DNA of 63,779 nucleotides, taken from Neophaeotheca triangularis (Eukaryota). Where the stretch lies: the NCBI GenBank assembly GCA_054600435.1, contig BAAIJX010000084.1, forward strand, positions 1 to 63,779. The letters run 5' to 3'. This document shows positions 13,964-27,000 of this stretch, one piece after another; the first letter of the stretch is position 1; each line of letters opens with the position of its first letter. The notes under the pieces were generated by a model. It searched no databases. It saw only the letters and a list, made by a program, of their open reading frames with translations, and had not been told where the DNA came from. Position numbers and translations under genes: made by a program.

Positions 13964-15927
13964 GAGTCTCCGGCCTCTCCGATTGTTGCTGCGGAGGCTG
14001 CTAGTGCAAGTGCTAGTGCCGGTGGTGAGGAGGCTGCGCTGACCGAGCAAGGCACGGAGACGCCAAATAAAATGCGCATGAGGTATACTTTGTTTCTGCG
14101 GAGTCTGGGCGTCGAGCCTTCGTCGCCGCCTTCAAGAGGGCGCACGGGTCTGAGGTCTGCCAAGAGGCGTTAGCGGGTTGAAGACTCGGGATTACGATGT
14201 GGTATCACTGCACGCGGACATGAACACGGACACAGATGGTGGGAAGTAAAAGGCGTCAGAGGCGGTTGCATTGTTATACTAGACGCGGGTATACCCCTGT
14301 TGCTTTCCGTCCTCATCGACAGGCTCGTATGTACATACATACGTATGAATACCCAGTAGATTCTTCCACATGTGCTTCGGCTATAACCACGCTCGCCGCC
14401 GAAAGACACACCAGCAAAACACAACATCGACCACGTCGACCAAAAAAAAAAAGACCTGCCTGTCCCTTACTCACCGTCCCCTCCACTACACTTTGTCTCA
14501 CGCACCCCACACCCCTCCCTTCCAGGCGCTAAATTCCCCCATCGCACCACGCGCCCACGCTTGCCCGCCGCTCCCCCTCCCCCTCGCGTCCCCAGTTAAA
14601 ATCGCCCACCTACTCAGTCACTCACTCACTCACTCACTCACCTGCCAGCTCCCCTCACAACCTGCCCTCCATACCCTCTACACACCCCACCCACCTCTCC
14701 CAGCACTCCTCCTCCCATCACCCATCCCACCCTCTTACCTCAATCTATCACCTACCGCACCTCACCTCACCCTACCACCTACCACCTACCACCTACCGCA
14801 CCCTTACCCCCCGACCCGCAACCCCCTCTCGCAACCCCACTTAAGCACCTCAGCACCCAAACACGAGCCCTCAGCCGCCCAAAACCCCCTCGCGCGGCTC
14901 TGTTGTTGCCGTTGCCGTGGCCACTCCGGCGGCTGAAGCTCTAGCGATGGCGAAAAGCGGTTTTTTTTTTTCGCAGGCGGCGGGTAAGTGGTTGATTTGG
15001 CGAGGGGGGAGGGAGATGAGGGGGCAGGGACTCCGGGGGATGTGGCTTGTTGCTTGTTGAGGTAGGATATGGAAGGGGGATTGAGGATGGGGAGTGGAAA
15101 GGATGGCTGGGGGCTTGGTTGGTGGGGGGATGGGTTTGTTAAGCGGGGTGAGGCAAGCGGGTGAGCTTGTTTGGGAGGGATGTAGCTACGTTGGTTAGGT
15201 AGTCTTGTTACGTACACTGGTGATCTAGGTGAGAACTGTTTTTCCGTGTGCGGGAACCGCTAGAGTGGGGAGGAGGGTGTAGTATCCTCCTAAGCAGGCA
15301 CCGGTGGGACTCACCCGTTGGCTTTCGACGAGAGGAGTCCCATGGAACCCCCCCCCCCCACCTTGTACCGTTCCCACCACTTCCCGCTCTCTTTCCCTAG
15401 CAAGCGCATACGCACAAACACTCCCCCGCCGCGGGAAGCCTGCCGTCAAAGCCGCTGTCAAAAAACCGCTCTCGTCCGTCCGTCTATCCGTCCCGTTCGT
15501 CGGTAGGCTTCCGCGTGCGACGTTACACAACACACAGACCCGACACACTTGCATGCGAAGCCGCGCAAGCCGCAGATGATTGCTTGCAGGCTTCGTTTTT
15601 TGACAGCTGCGGGTTTCCGATAGTGTCTGCAAGCAGGCATGCAGGCATGCATGCACGCAGACGGGCGGCATTTGGGCTGTGGGTAGGGGTGGTGTTTGTT
15701 TGGATTCTTTGCAGGGGTGGGTGGGTGGGTGGGTGTAGCTGTGGTGAAGCTACAAGGGTTCAGGGAGGCTAGACCTCGAAGCGGGTAATGAATGGGATGA
15801 TGCATCCTGATGGCCAGCGCACTGACTCGTGGTGTTGAAAGCGACGTGGAAGCGGTGAAAGAGCGACAGGGAAGTCATTTCTTCTTTTTCCTCAGTTGAT
15901 GGGAGAGAAATTCCGCTCGGACCAAGA

Positions 15928-17133
15928 TTAGACGAGAAATGTCCAGAATGAAGGGTAGACGAATTCATCTTCAAAGATACGCTGCACTTGCTCCAAGATG
16001 AATTTCTCGATTTTGCCGACGTTTTTGAGCACTTGCTTGCCATCTGCCGTCTGCCCGATTTCGGTCTCGATTTTGATATCTTCTAGTAGACCTCCGGGCC
16101 GTTTTTGGAACTTCTCGTCGCTTTGCTGGGTTTTGACGCCTTCCCCACTGGTGGCGGTGGAATGTTTCTCGTCTGTGGGAGAGTCGAGATCAGCAGTCTC
16201 GCCACCGATAAGGGCGTCGGCGTCTTCGGGGTTTAGGAAGCAGAGGTGGGCGCGGCGTTTGATGTAAGCGAGGACTGCGACGCCGTCGAAAGAGAGACCC
16301 GTGATGGTGAGTTTAAGCGGGATGCCGACGAAGCTGGGCATGGGGTAGTCGAGGAAGACTTCGGCCGTCATGCCGAGTTTGACGTCGCCCGAGTAGGAGA
16401 CGTGGGTGACGATTTGAATATCTTCTGGGCTTGGCTCATGGATGGAGTCGGCTTGTTCAGTGGAGTGGGAGGCCGGAGAGAGGGCGCGTTGGTGGTAGGA
16501 GGCGCTGTGGCTGTGGTCGCGGGATGGTGGCGGGGAGACGGAGGGAGGGCTTATGGAGTTGAGTGATTCGGAACGTTGGTAATTGCGGAATTCTGATGAA
16601 GCAGCCTGGGATGTGCCATTGGTATAACGGGCGCCGGCTACTGCTGCCAAAGGGGTGGCGGTGCCAGAGAGGCCTGCGGAGAGGGGGAGATGGAAGTATC
16701 CAAGGTTTGAACTCCCTCCTAGCATATTCGACTGGTGTCCACGAGATGGCGCTGGGCTGGCAGCCTGCGTTCTAGGGACTGGCACGGACGGTCGACGCCT
16801 GGAGCGGGCATCTTTGCTGCTTGGTGCAGTTGCGGCAGATGGCTTGACGGCTGCAGCGTCAGGGCGAGAAGAGTCATGTTGAAGAGCATGTTCGCTTTCG
16901 TCAACGCTGCTGTGATCGTCGTCGTAGAAGTCCGGCAGAGGGTCACAGATATCTTTAAGCACAATGTCCGGTGCTACGGAGCCAAAGTCAAAAGCGTGGA
17001 CCTTGACAGAGCGGATGATCTTGGGCAGGGTAATGTGTTGGAAACGGTCGTTGATGCTTTGGCGAATGGATTCGGCCAGAGCCTCGCCGTCGGGGCCTTG
17101 GGTGAGAGTCTGCCAATTGATATCGACCGACAT
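15928..17133 (-). CDS. MDM12: ERMES subunit Mdm12 (SMP domain)
   Basis: MSVDINW...IRSVKVHAFDFGSVAP...DICDPLPDFY, LDYPMPSFVGIPLKL, VLKNVGKIEKF, C-terminal VYPSFWTFLV. Confidence 0.95.
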   Translation of the reverse strand: MSVDINWQTLTQGPDGEALAESIRQSINDRFQHITLPKIIRSVKVHAFDFGSVAPDIVLKDICDPLPDFYDDDHSSVDESEHALQHDSSRPDAAAVKPSAATAPSSKDARSRRRPSVPVPRTQAASPAPSRGHQSNMLGGSSNLGYFHLPLSAGLSGTATPLAAVAGARYTNGTSQAASSEFRNYQRSESLNSISPPSVSPPPSRDHSHSASYHQRALSPASHSTEQADSIHEPSPEDIQIVTHVSYSGDVKLGMTAEVFLDYPMPSFVGIPLKLTITGLSFDGVAVLAYIKRRAHLCFLNPEDADALIGGETADLDSPTDEKHSTATSGEGVKTQQSDEKFQKRPGGLLEDIKIETEIGQTADGKQVLKNVGKIEKFILEQVQRIFEDEFVYPSFWTFLV

Positions 17134-17927
17134 GATGTGTTATTACGCCGTTGATTATGATATTATTTTTCTTACTTATTATAAGTTAGTAGCTTAAGGC
17201 AGTACTACAGCTCGTCGGAGTCGGAGTCGGACGTGTCGAACTTGTCGTCGTCGGGCCAGACGTGCGATTGGCCCGCAAGGCGTGGTCAGAAGTCAGTACT
17301 AGTACAGTTAGTAGTAGTAGTACAGTACCAGAGTACCTCCTAGTAGTAGTACCTAGTACCTACCGAGCTACCCACCTTATTAGCCTTCCTACTATCCTAC
17401 TATAAACAAATGGATGGCCTCGGAAGACGAACTGTTGGTCTGACCACTCGTCATCTCCGAACTTGGACGAATAATCATACCATACCTACATACATACCTA
17501 CTACTTCCTCCCTCCCTCCCTCCTACCTAGGTACGTACCTAACGCATTTTATTGATTGACAACAGCCTTCACTAGCACGCCCGTCCAAAAGCCAGGCCCA
17601 AAACGGTCGTCGTGTGGAACGTCGTTCCTTGTCATTAATAACCATCAACCATCATTTATTTATTAGCGCGAGACAAACAACAAAAAGGCCCCGACCCGTG
17701 GACGGGACCGTTGGCTGCGTGTCATCATGAGTACGACTACGACTGATCACCTCAGCTTCCATCTGTGCTTGCTATGCCCACCCTGGCTGGCCTGGCACCC
17801 ACACCACCACCACCACCCGACACGCCCGTGGGCCGTAGCACCTCAGCCGTCACCGGCTCGGGCCATGGCATTGACAGGGCGCACCACTTGCCCACTGCCA
17901 CACCCATGTCCGGCCGCAAGCAAGGAA

Positions 17928-17938
17928 AATAATAATAA

Positions 17939-17998
<60 letters not shown>
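17928..17998. repeat. (AAT)n microsatellite
   Basis: About 23 AAT units with one interruption. Confidence 0.95.
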
Positions 17999-18000
<2 letters not shown>

Positions 18001-21000
18001 TCATAATGGCCCATTCTACAAGGCGCTCGGAAACCTTCGTCGAGAGTCCATGAATAACGAATGCCAATTGCAGCAAACAATCCTTTTTTTTTTTTTTCGA
18101 CTTCTTTCTTCTTTTCGCGCAAAGTTCAAGATCGTCTCGTTATTCCCATGGCGGTCGAGGACTGGTGAAACGGACAACGGTTTCAATGGCCAAGGTGCCC
18201 AAAGTCTGCCACGAGCTAGGTTTTCGATGGAAGCCACTACCCATCTCGATAGTTCGATACATTATTGATTACTTTCTCTCTCGAATTAGTCGGCCGCTTT
18301 CGCTAATCAAAGCCCGCCCGACTCTCCTGTTGCAAGATAGTATTAAGTTGTAGCTTTGTGTGGCGAACAACGCCTCACCGCCTATCCCCGCCGCCCTTGC
18401 TCCTCCATTTGCCTGCTTCCCATCTACCAACGCCCCTTTCCCGCGCGTCGTCGTGAGACTGGCCAATCTTCCCGAACACGCCCAAGTGCGGCAATATTAA
18501 GTGCTGGTTCTGCTAGCGATGCTGGTGGACTGTCGTGTAGTCGTCGGTAATAGTGATCGATCATCTCTCGAGACGGGAGTGAGCTCCATTCGATCAGAGT
18601 CGCTGGGATACATGTACAGGTCCCGTCATGTCTGGGGGTGGCGGTGATTAGAAGATGCCTGGAATGCAAGGCATATGTTCAAACTCACCTATCGTTCAAT
18701 GGCCATGTTTTGCGCATTTCTGAGGGTGGCTGACGCTGCGTTGGTTGTTCACGCCGCAGTTGGATCGCATGCTTGTCGCGCAGGGTATCTTCTCCGTCCT
18801 TGTGCAGCCGCAGGAGTATTTGTGGGTGATGTTCATGCACATGTTTGTGAAGGGCGGCGGAGAGAGGGCTTCGTTGCATCAGCATCATCATCTATGCTTG
18901 ATCGAGGTCGGAGCTCGACAACTTACGACACTGGAGGTTTTGACACATGGTGAGCGGGACGGGAAGGAAGCCGTGATATGGGTCGAGGCAAAGTGTTTCC
19001 CTTTGGGAGAGCGAGGGGGGGGGGGAAGTGGAGAGGCAGAGGCTGTGATGCGAGAATTGAGAAGTGGTGGTTAGCTCATGGCAGCTGCCTTATTATATGT
19101 GTTGGCGGAGATGAATCGAAACCTTCCACAAGCGCCGCTTCTTGCACGACAGAACTGTCACTTGAAGATGTTTGCGCAACAGATGGTTGTGTGACGAGGC
19201 GGCGGACGGACAAGGGCAGAGGGATGGAGGAGAATGGTAGACAGCATTTTGGAGCAAAAGTTGTGATGGCATTGGCATGCAACGGCGGCATGCTAGGGCC
19301 TAGCGGTCGGATGCCGGCCAGGGATGGTGTTGAAATCAGATAGTAGTTTTGGAGGGGGAGGGTTTAATCATTTGGGGGGGCGAAGGGAGGGGAGTGTAAG
19401 AGTGTTGTAACAAGCTAGAAGCTTGGAAGTCGACATGGTGCACATGTGGGCTCCAAGGTTCCAAGGTTCCTTCTGAACGTCGTCCTTCACTCTCACTGAC
19501 AGATTGCCGGGGATGTACGAGGTGCGTTGCCGGCGGAGAAGAGAGAGCAGTTGAGCAGGACCGATTGGTCCTGAGGGCAGTAGGCATGCGTTGGCATCGC
19601 CATGTCGCGCGCCTCGATGCAGAGCCGTTCCAACGTTATTTTTACAAGTCAGGACTAATGTAAGTACTACACACGGTATAGCTAGTATTATTACCTACCT
19701 ACTGTAATAAGAGTGATTGTTATGCACGTTGATGATTTGCCACTATATAAGCAAACCATTCTCTTTTCTTATTACCGGGCTAGCTTGCTACACATCTTCG
19801 TATATGCTGTATACCTAGCTATACTGTACAACCTTACGCATGCATGCAGCAGCAGCATACATACTGTACTGTAAATACCTACATCTCTCTCTTCTCTCCC
19901 TCTCCCACTCACTCACTCACCTAGTCAAAGTGCGACAGCCCTGCTACAAACGCCGTTACAGGCTACAGTCTACAGACCACAAGCAGACAAGCTCTCTCAT
20001 CATCAGACTTTAATAATGACACGCGAAGAAATAAACTTTCAATCTCCCACGGACCTCAATATGGCATTTCGGCCCAAGGCCAAGCGGCAAATCGCTGATG
20101 CGACATGATTATTTCCAATGCCCTACCTAGCTATTCCAGCAGCGAGAAATTATCACCACGGCCGGCCCTTACTCGTACCACCCGATTGCTTGGAAAATCA
20201 AGGTATTCCATTATTATTACTATTATCATCATTGATGAGCCTTTGCATTCTCTCACCGCCAGAGCAATCATCCGCCGGGACAGCTTACGAGTGCCGTCGG
20301 CGAGCCGCCGACCTTATTAGGCCTCGCCTCGTCGCACAACACGCAGATCACTTAGGTACACCCAGGTACATGAGTCGAAGCATTGAGCCTTGCAGCAACC
20401 AAGGTAGCCAGCTTTTATAGTAGACTTGGCATGTTGACGTTAGCCTTGCGAATCTCCATACCACGGCAGGTCCGACCGCCAGTCTGGAGACGTCGGGTGG
20501 TCAATGTTGGCCATGGCGACTGACTCGAGTCTAATAGTTACCGCAGTATCAACGGCGGTAATCTTCGCACCGCGACTCGACTACCTACCCCGAATCACGG
20601 CTACAGGAGCGCCGCAGACGACCAGCACACCCGTGATATGTGTCCATGATTGCATTTTGCTTTCGAGACGGAAAGCGCACCTCTCATGACAAGCGCCCTG
20701 GCTACCAAAGCGAATTGACTATGCAAAGTCAACGCGACCCTGATGGCGACAGTGCCGTCAAGCCTCCCCAATGTCGTGCCATGGCAGACACGGAGCCATC
20801 GCCGGAATCGCCAGCTCCGCGTAACGTCGCGAACTCCTGCGAACCTTCACCGTTGCTATGGCAGATGCCTCCCAGGCCATAATAGCCCTCCAGGTCTAGG
20901 AAGGCCCTGCCGAATCCGCTTTTGGCGTTGCCGACACCTGACCCTTGACCTCATCCGTGCAATGTAAGTGTTTCATAACGCCAGGGTAGAACCCTTCCTC

Positions 21001-23861
21001 AGGAGCAGACGATATGCGTTGTCGAGCTTCTTCGATGCGTCTCAACAACTTCCAAGATGGATTATCGTGAACACCAGGTGGATCTGGCGCTACTGATCAG
21101 TTCGTTGGCTTGCATAGGTATGATGGGGACAACAAGTCTTGCTTTCACGACGTTCGATGTTCGGTAGGTGCTCCACAGTTTGGGCGTCGATGGTCTCCGT
21201 TTTTGAGGTCCACGTCGCCACGTGTTGCGAACATGCTGCATACTAGTAACAGTACAACTGTTAGGTAAGCCGTCTTGTTAACTACGAGGGAAGGATGGCC
21301 ACTCTGTGCAGGGTCTTGTTGGATTGGGCCGTGGCCGTGTGGACTACCGAAAACGTTCGCATGGCCCTTATTGGCACAGATTGCTCGAGAGTCTGCGGCA
21401 GCGTCTAGGCGCTGGGGATGATCGTGCTGATGCATCGAAAGGAAACGATTTGAAGAAGACCCAGCAATAGGAGAGTCAAGCCCTAGGTCCTGCCAACCCT
21501 GGACCTGACGACAGCATGAATCTACCCAACCCAGATCTCACAAATTCCACCGGCTTGCGGGAAACACAACGTTCACTACCTACCACGATTATTGACGACT
21601 TTGCATTGTATATGGCCACTCTAGAATCGAAGACCAAGCCGGACAACCCTTCACTGGACTCAGCGAGAGCAGCTTCGTAACGGGAATGGCTCCCGCGAAC
21701 GTAGTTGCCTGGACTCTGCTTGCCTGCAATAGGTGAAAGCTGCTGATCACTGCTGGTTAGAGGAGAGTACCTCTAGGAGATCGAATACCAACACCTGGCC
21801 CTTCATTTGCATGGCTTCTTCCAGATGCTAGTAGGCTCGGGATGCCAGCGCATCTTGCTACAAGACATCACTTGTAGTGGCTCAACGAGAAAGCGAATGC
21901 CTTTAGGAGGTACCTCATCCTAAGGATAGATCCTGCGACTGAGGCTTCGGCATAACAGGTCCTTTTTTGTCTCCGCACTGTTCGACTTCTTCATGCCGAG
22001 TTGCCTTGAAGCACCACCCTGGCCCCGCTCAGTGGGCTTGCGTAGATGCTTGAAGATTCTAATGTAGTGGAGAGAATCGCCTGTACCTAATGTTGGCTCG
22101 GCTTAGTCGGCTAGTCTCGGACCGAGGTAAGCGACAAGTATCTTTCGACCTCATCTCGTTCAGCTCGTGACAATTACCCGCTTACAGCAATACCTTCCAG
22201 CCAGCCAAAGCGACATCTGACAGCGAACGGCAACCTCAAAAATACTTTCTTACAGGAATACAGCATGTCTTTCGTAAAACAAACGCTCCCCCAGAACCCC
22301 CAAGTGGGTAAAGATCGCGGTACCCTCGCTGTCAGCGTCCCGAACCTAACCTTGTCCAAACAACCTTCACCACACCAAAACAGCACCTAAGGAGCTCCAG
22401 AGTTCGAGACTTGCGGTCATTGGCCTGCAAGCTCGACGACATCAGCTATAGCTACACTCCCACCTCCGGAAACTCTTCGTCAATCGTCTGCAGCACGTAA
22501 CGAAAAGACCGCGAAACACTTCCAGCCCACATGTCGCGCGGTCTTATAGGTCAAAGCGGTAGGTCATTAGGTACGAGGCATTTCCTAGCGTCGTATTGCG
22601 ACAGCCTCTCCATCGAGGTAGCAACGGCGGTAAGTAACTCGTAAAAGGCGGCATAAAGGGGCCGTGATCCTCGCCACACACATGGTGACCAAAGCAACCG
22701 CCCTCTACACCCCATGCCCCGCTACTTCCCCAGTTTCCTGAGCCCTCAACTGCAGAAAGCAATCCACTCGGCCTCCTCTCCCTCTGCAGCAAATTCCACC
22801 GCCAATACCAGCTTCGACTACCAGTCTCGAACCCAAACCCCCTCCACGCAACCTTCCAACCCACAAGCCCCGACCGTGACCCAAATTCCCACCGCCAACC
22901 ACTTCCAGACCCAACAAGCTCAATCCCACCACCACCACCGACAACAACAACAACGACAATGCCAACAACAACAATGACCACCCACACGACAACCTTCCTC
23001 CCCCTCTCCGCCACCCCCTCCTCATTGGCCCCGACCCCCCATGACCCAACGACTCTTGCAATCCGCCCGATAAGTCTCACAGCTTCGACGGATTCTCTCG
23101 GGCCGTCGACCGTCAAAGCAAGGAGGTCTAGCAGCAGCAGCAGCGGGAGCGGGATTAGTGGCAGTGGCAGTGGGGTCGTGGGCCAGTTTCTGAGGCTGGG
23201 CCATGAGGATGTGGGGGTTTTTGTCGAGGAGTAGGGATGCAGCTCCTTTTTTTTTTTTTTTACGGAGAGGGATAGGCGCAGGGGGTAATGGGGTGGGGTA
23301 GTGGAGGAGGATGATGATGGAGGGGCAAAGGGCGAAGAGGATGGGGTTTGGGAGGGGCTGATGCTCGGGTGGGAGAGGGAGCGTCGCTGCTTGCGGGTTT
23401 TTCGAGTGAGACCGGGAGGGAGCTCTTTGGGTTTCGCTGGTAGGACACATGGGGGATTCGGCGGCGTATCGGTTTGAGCTTCCACGGTCGAGTGGAATGG
23501 GTCTGCTTATGTAATCGTTCGTTCCGGACCAAGAAGGAATGAAACGAGTCGAATGGAAATATGCCGTCGTTCCTCATGTCTCTTTATAAGTCCTGTCACC
23601 CGGAGACTTGATCGTATCGAAACTGCAACGCGAGAGCAGACTGTGGGGACGTCAGACATCGCACTGGGGTAATGTAAATTCTGCACCAAGTCTGGTATCG
23701 TGTGGTGTAAGCGACGTCAGCGTCCTCCTCGCAGCCTCGAAAGAGAAGCCAAGTTTGCGATTCCCATGACCGCGGACACAAGTTCCACAGCAGCAAAGAA
23801 AGGGAATGCCTCGAAATTGCAATTCCCACACTCCCCCCCACCTCCCGCCACCATCATCCGA

Positions 23862-25221
23862 CTAAAGACGCAAGTCACGCACCTCCCCAGCCAAGACCGA
23901 AACGGCGCGGAACTTCGCACGACATCCCTTGGCCTTGTCGAGCATCACTACAAGGTTCTCGGGGCTGTGATCGACCTCTGCGGCCGCGCGCTTCTTCTCT
24001 TCCGTCCGCTCGCCCTGCTTGTCGAGTGCGTTGACGGATTCCACTCCCCCGAATTCGCCGGGGACACCACTGGGTTTCTCGTCGTGGAGGTCGAAGTAGG
24101 GGAGGCCGTGGCGGGCGTGGGTCTGTTGCGTGATGGGTGTCTCCGGGGGCGCGAAGCCGAGGACTCGGCGGCAGGCGGCTGCGTTCGCGATCTGCACGTG
24201 GAAGGCGATCTGGTTGTCGATGTCCCAGGTGATGTGGGGGGGGGGGGGGGTTCTTGTCGCTCATGATGGTTTGCTTGATGAGCCCTCCCGCGGCGATGCC
24301 CATGGCGTCCTCTTGCTTGGCTGGACCGGTCTCGTGGCCACCACCGTGGAGTCTGAGCGCGAGGTGGAGCGTCGCTAGGGCTGGGATACCTTTGTCTTGT
24401 AGAGTCCTCTCTGCGAGTGACTGCTTCGGGCCGTAGATCAAGCGCTGGTGGTGGGTTGGATTGTCGACCCTGTCCTCGATCTGGCACATGAGCTTAGCTG
24501 GTCGATGGTCTCGGAGAGGGCGGCGTTCAGTGTGATGGTTTTGCCGCTGAGGGTCTTGACGAAGATTTGCACGTAGCCGGGTGGAAGGGAGTGAGGGTTG
24601 ATTCGTACGTGGCGGGCAACGTTGTCTCTGCATTCTTTGGCTGGAATGACTTCGATTTGATTGCCGCCGACGATTTCTTGACTGGTCAGCTGGGCCTCGA
24701 CAGAGTGACCGGTGCCAAGAGGCATAGCGACAAACTGGCGCACCGATGCATTCTCAGCAGCAATCCCATCGATCCAGTCTTGATCAGGAGTGACGATGTA
24801 ATCTTGGATGGACTTCCTCGCCCGAAGACGCGCAGCTCTGGACCCCAGCGTCTTCTGTGTCTCGACCATAGATAGGCTCACCCGAAATAGCGTTGACTCC
24901 ACCGACGTAGATTCTGATCGCAAAAGTGGAAGCGGACTTAAACTGGATCCACAAAGCTTCGCGCTGGTACATCGGAATGAAGAAGCCCCCTTTCGCAACT
25001 TGCTGAGGGCTCATTTTCTTCTTATGCTCATCGACGCTGTAGATGGGGAAACGACCGAGCGAAGGAGGTAGCTTCGCGATTCCCCCGTTGTCGGCGACGC
25101 GAACGGTGCGGTGAAGTCGGAAATCAACGCGCTACTTGCCACGCTCTACGGTGATGGCTTTGCAGCCCCCATGCTTCTTCACGAAGCCGGAGGTAGCTGC
25201 GGTGAGTGGGCCGCTAGCCAT
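23862..25221 (-). pseudogene. Disrupted gene for a fungal protein with an internal ubiquitin-like domain
   Basis: Colinear blocks in shifting frames: HRTVRVADNG, GGFFIPMYQREALWIQF...IYVGGVNAISGEP, QDYIVTPDQDWIDGIA...VRQFVAMPLGTGHSVEAQLT, Ub-like QIFVKTLSGKTITL...QRLIYG...TLHLALRLHGG, MGIAAGGLIKQTI, GLPYFDL. Stop at 25134-25132; frameshifts near 25070, 24870, 24495 and the G15 run at 24236-24250. Confidence 0.75.
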
Positions 25222-26141
25222 CGTGGAAGTAGTTGTAGTGGTGCAGGAGGTATCGATTTTGCAGCAAAAGGAAGGGCCGGCAGATGAACTCGCGAGGAGA
25301 GGAGATGAAGGTGATGGCAAAGTCGCAGACCAGCGTCGAAGAGTGGAGGGCCTGAAATAGGTAGGGAGGATTTGGGACGTGCACAACAATCTAGTGAACT
25401 TGGTGTTGTGAATCTTGACATGTCTTAGCTTTTTGTAGGGATTTACAGTTTGCTCTTTCAGAGTGAGACGACCCTCCTTACATGCTCTCGCGGACAGGGT
25501 GACAACACAACACCTGAGGTCGAAGCTCACGTGGTGATGAGCTGTTGATTTCGCGTCCACGATACAGATATGTATGGTAGGCGAGCCTCTTTTCACAACC
25601 AACGAGGTGGAAAACGTGAAGATGAAAATCGGAAGAGAGACTTACCTTATATCTACTCGCCTCGATTAATCAGCACTCAGCACAGACACTTGATCCGCCG
25701 GCAAATGACCAAGTACTACTGAAACGGTCTGAAGAGACCCAAAGAGAAAACAGCCGTTGCGGGTGCAGTAGTAGTGATCCATCTAATACCCTACAGCCCT
25801 TAGCATAGAGGCTGACGAGAAGTGATCTCTCGCCGTGCAAGCCTGCAGATCCCTCCAGCAAAAAAAAAAAAAAAAGCTCGAAGCAGTTTTTAGGACGAAG
25901 TGATGTGAAGGGAACACACTCTTGGATAGCAAGAACCCTATGGCTGAAAAAAAAAAAGCAACGCTCATCTCGCTAGCCCCTTATCCATCACCCGGTCCGG
26001 GAAATATTGACCATTGTCGTAGTCGTGGGTATTCGTGTACGTTCGCGCTCTCCTGTTGCATCACTCGGTGCTTGTGCATGGAATGTGATCTTTCGTTCAT
26101 TTGTCTGGAGGGCGGGAAAGTGGTGGTGAGGTGCGAGACTT

Positions 26142-27000
26142 TTACAAGTCGGGGTCCTCCTCGTCGGGAAGCGGCATGTCCGCGGCCTCCTTCATCTCCT
26201 GCTGGTACTTCTCCATGGCGGCCTGGTCGACCTGGACCTCCGGTGGGGCCAAGGCGGGGGCAGCAACGAACTCCTAAAGAGGGCGTTAGTGGGTCTGTTC
26301 TTCCGTCTCCTCAACTCCGAAGTGATACGTACAAGAGTCTGGTTGCCGACAAGCTTGCGTGCGAGCCAGAGGAAGGGCTTCTCGAAGTTGTAGTTGCTCT
26401 TGGCGGAGATGTCGTAGTACTGGAGGTTCTTCTTGCGGTGGAAGGTGATGGTCTTGGCCTTGACCTTGCGCTCCTTGACGTCGACCTTGTTGCCGGTGAG
26501 GACGATTGGGATGTTCTCGCAAACACGGACCAAGTCACGGTGCCAGTTGGGAACGTTCTTGTAGGTGATGCGCGAGGTGACGTCGAACATGATGACACCG
26601 CACTGGCCGTTGATGTAGTATCCATCACGCAGACCGCCGAATTTCTCTTGACCCGCAGTGTCCCATACGTCGAACTGAATCTGGCCAAGGTTCTTGATGA
26701 TTGCCCATGTTAGTTTCGTTTGCGCTGGCGGGTAGTGGCGGGGTAGAGGAGGAGCGTACGGTGGTGAAACCGAGAGGGTGGACTTCGACACCGAGCGTGG
26801 CAATGTACTTCTTCTCGAACTCGCCAGTCAAGTGACGCTTGACGAAAGTGGTCTTGTAGTAGTGATATTTTGTCAGTCTCATGCTCTTGCGTTGAACTTG
26901 CTCACTGCGCGTGAAGGCCCCGAAGTGGTAGACAAACCTTTCCGGTACCGCCGTCACCGACGAGGACCAACTTGAAGGTTGGGGTCTCCTGAGCAGCCAT
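26142..27000 (-). CDS. GSP1: Ran GTPase, multi-exon
   Basis: [75 protein letters not shown], acidic tail [10 protein letters not shown]. Confidence 0.97.

Noticed and set aside
17727..18122. ORFs with poly-Ile, poly-Tyr or poly-Asn
   Set aside because: Translations of the (AAT)n microsatellite.
22544..23485. 313-aa minus-strand ORF
   Set aside because: Low-complexity product of the C-rich/G-rich skew block and a T-run; no domain-like content.
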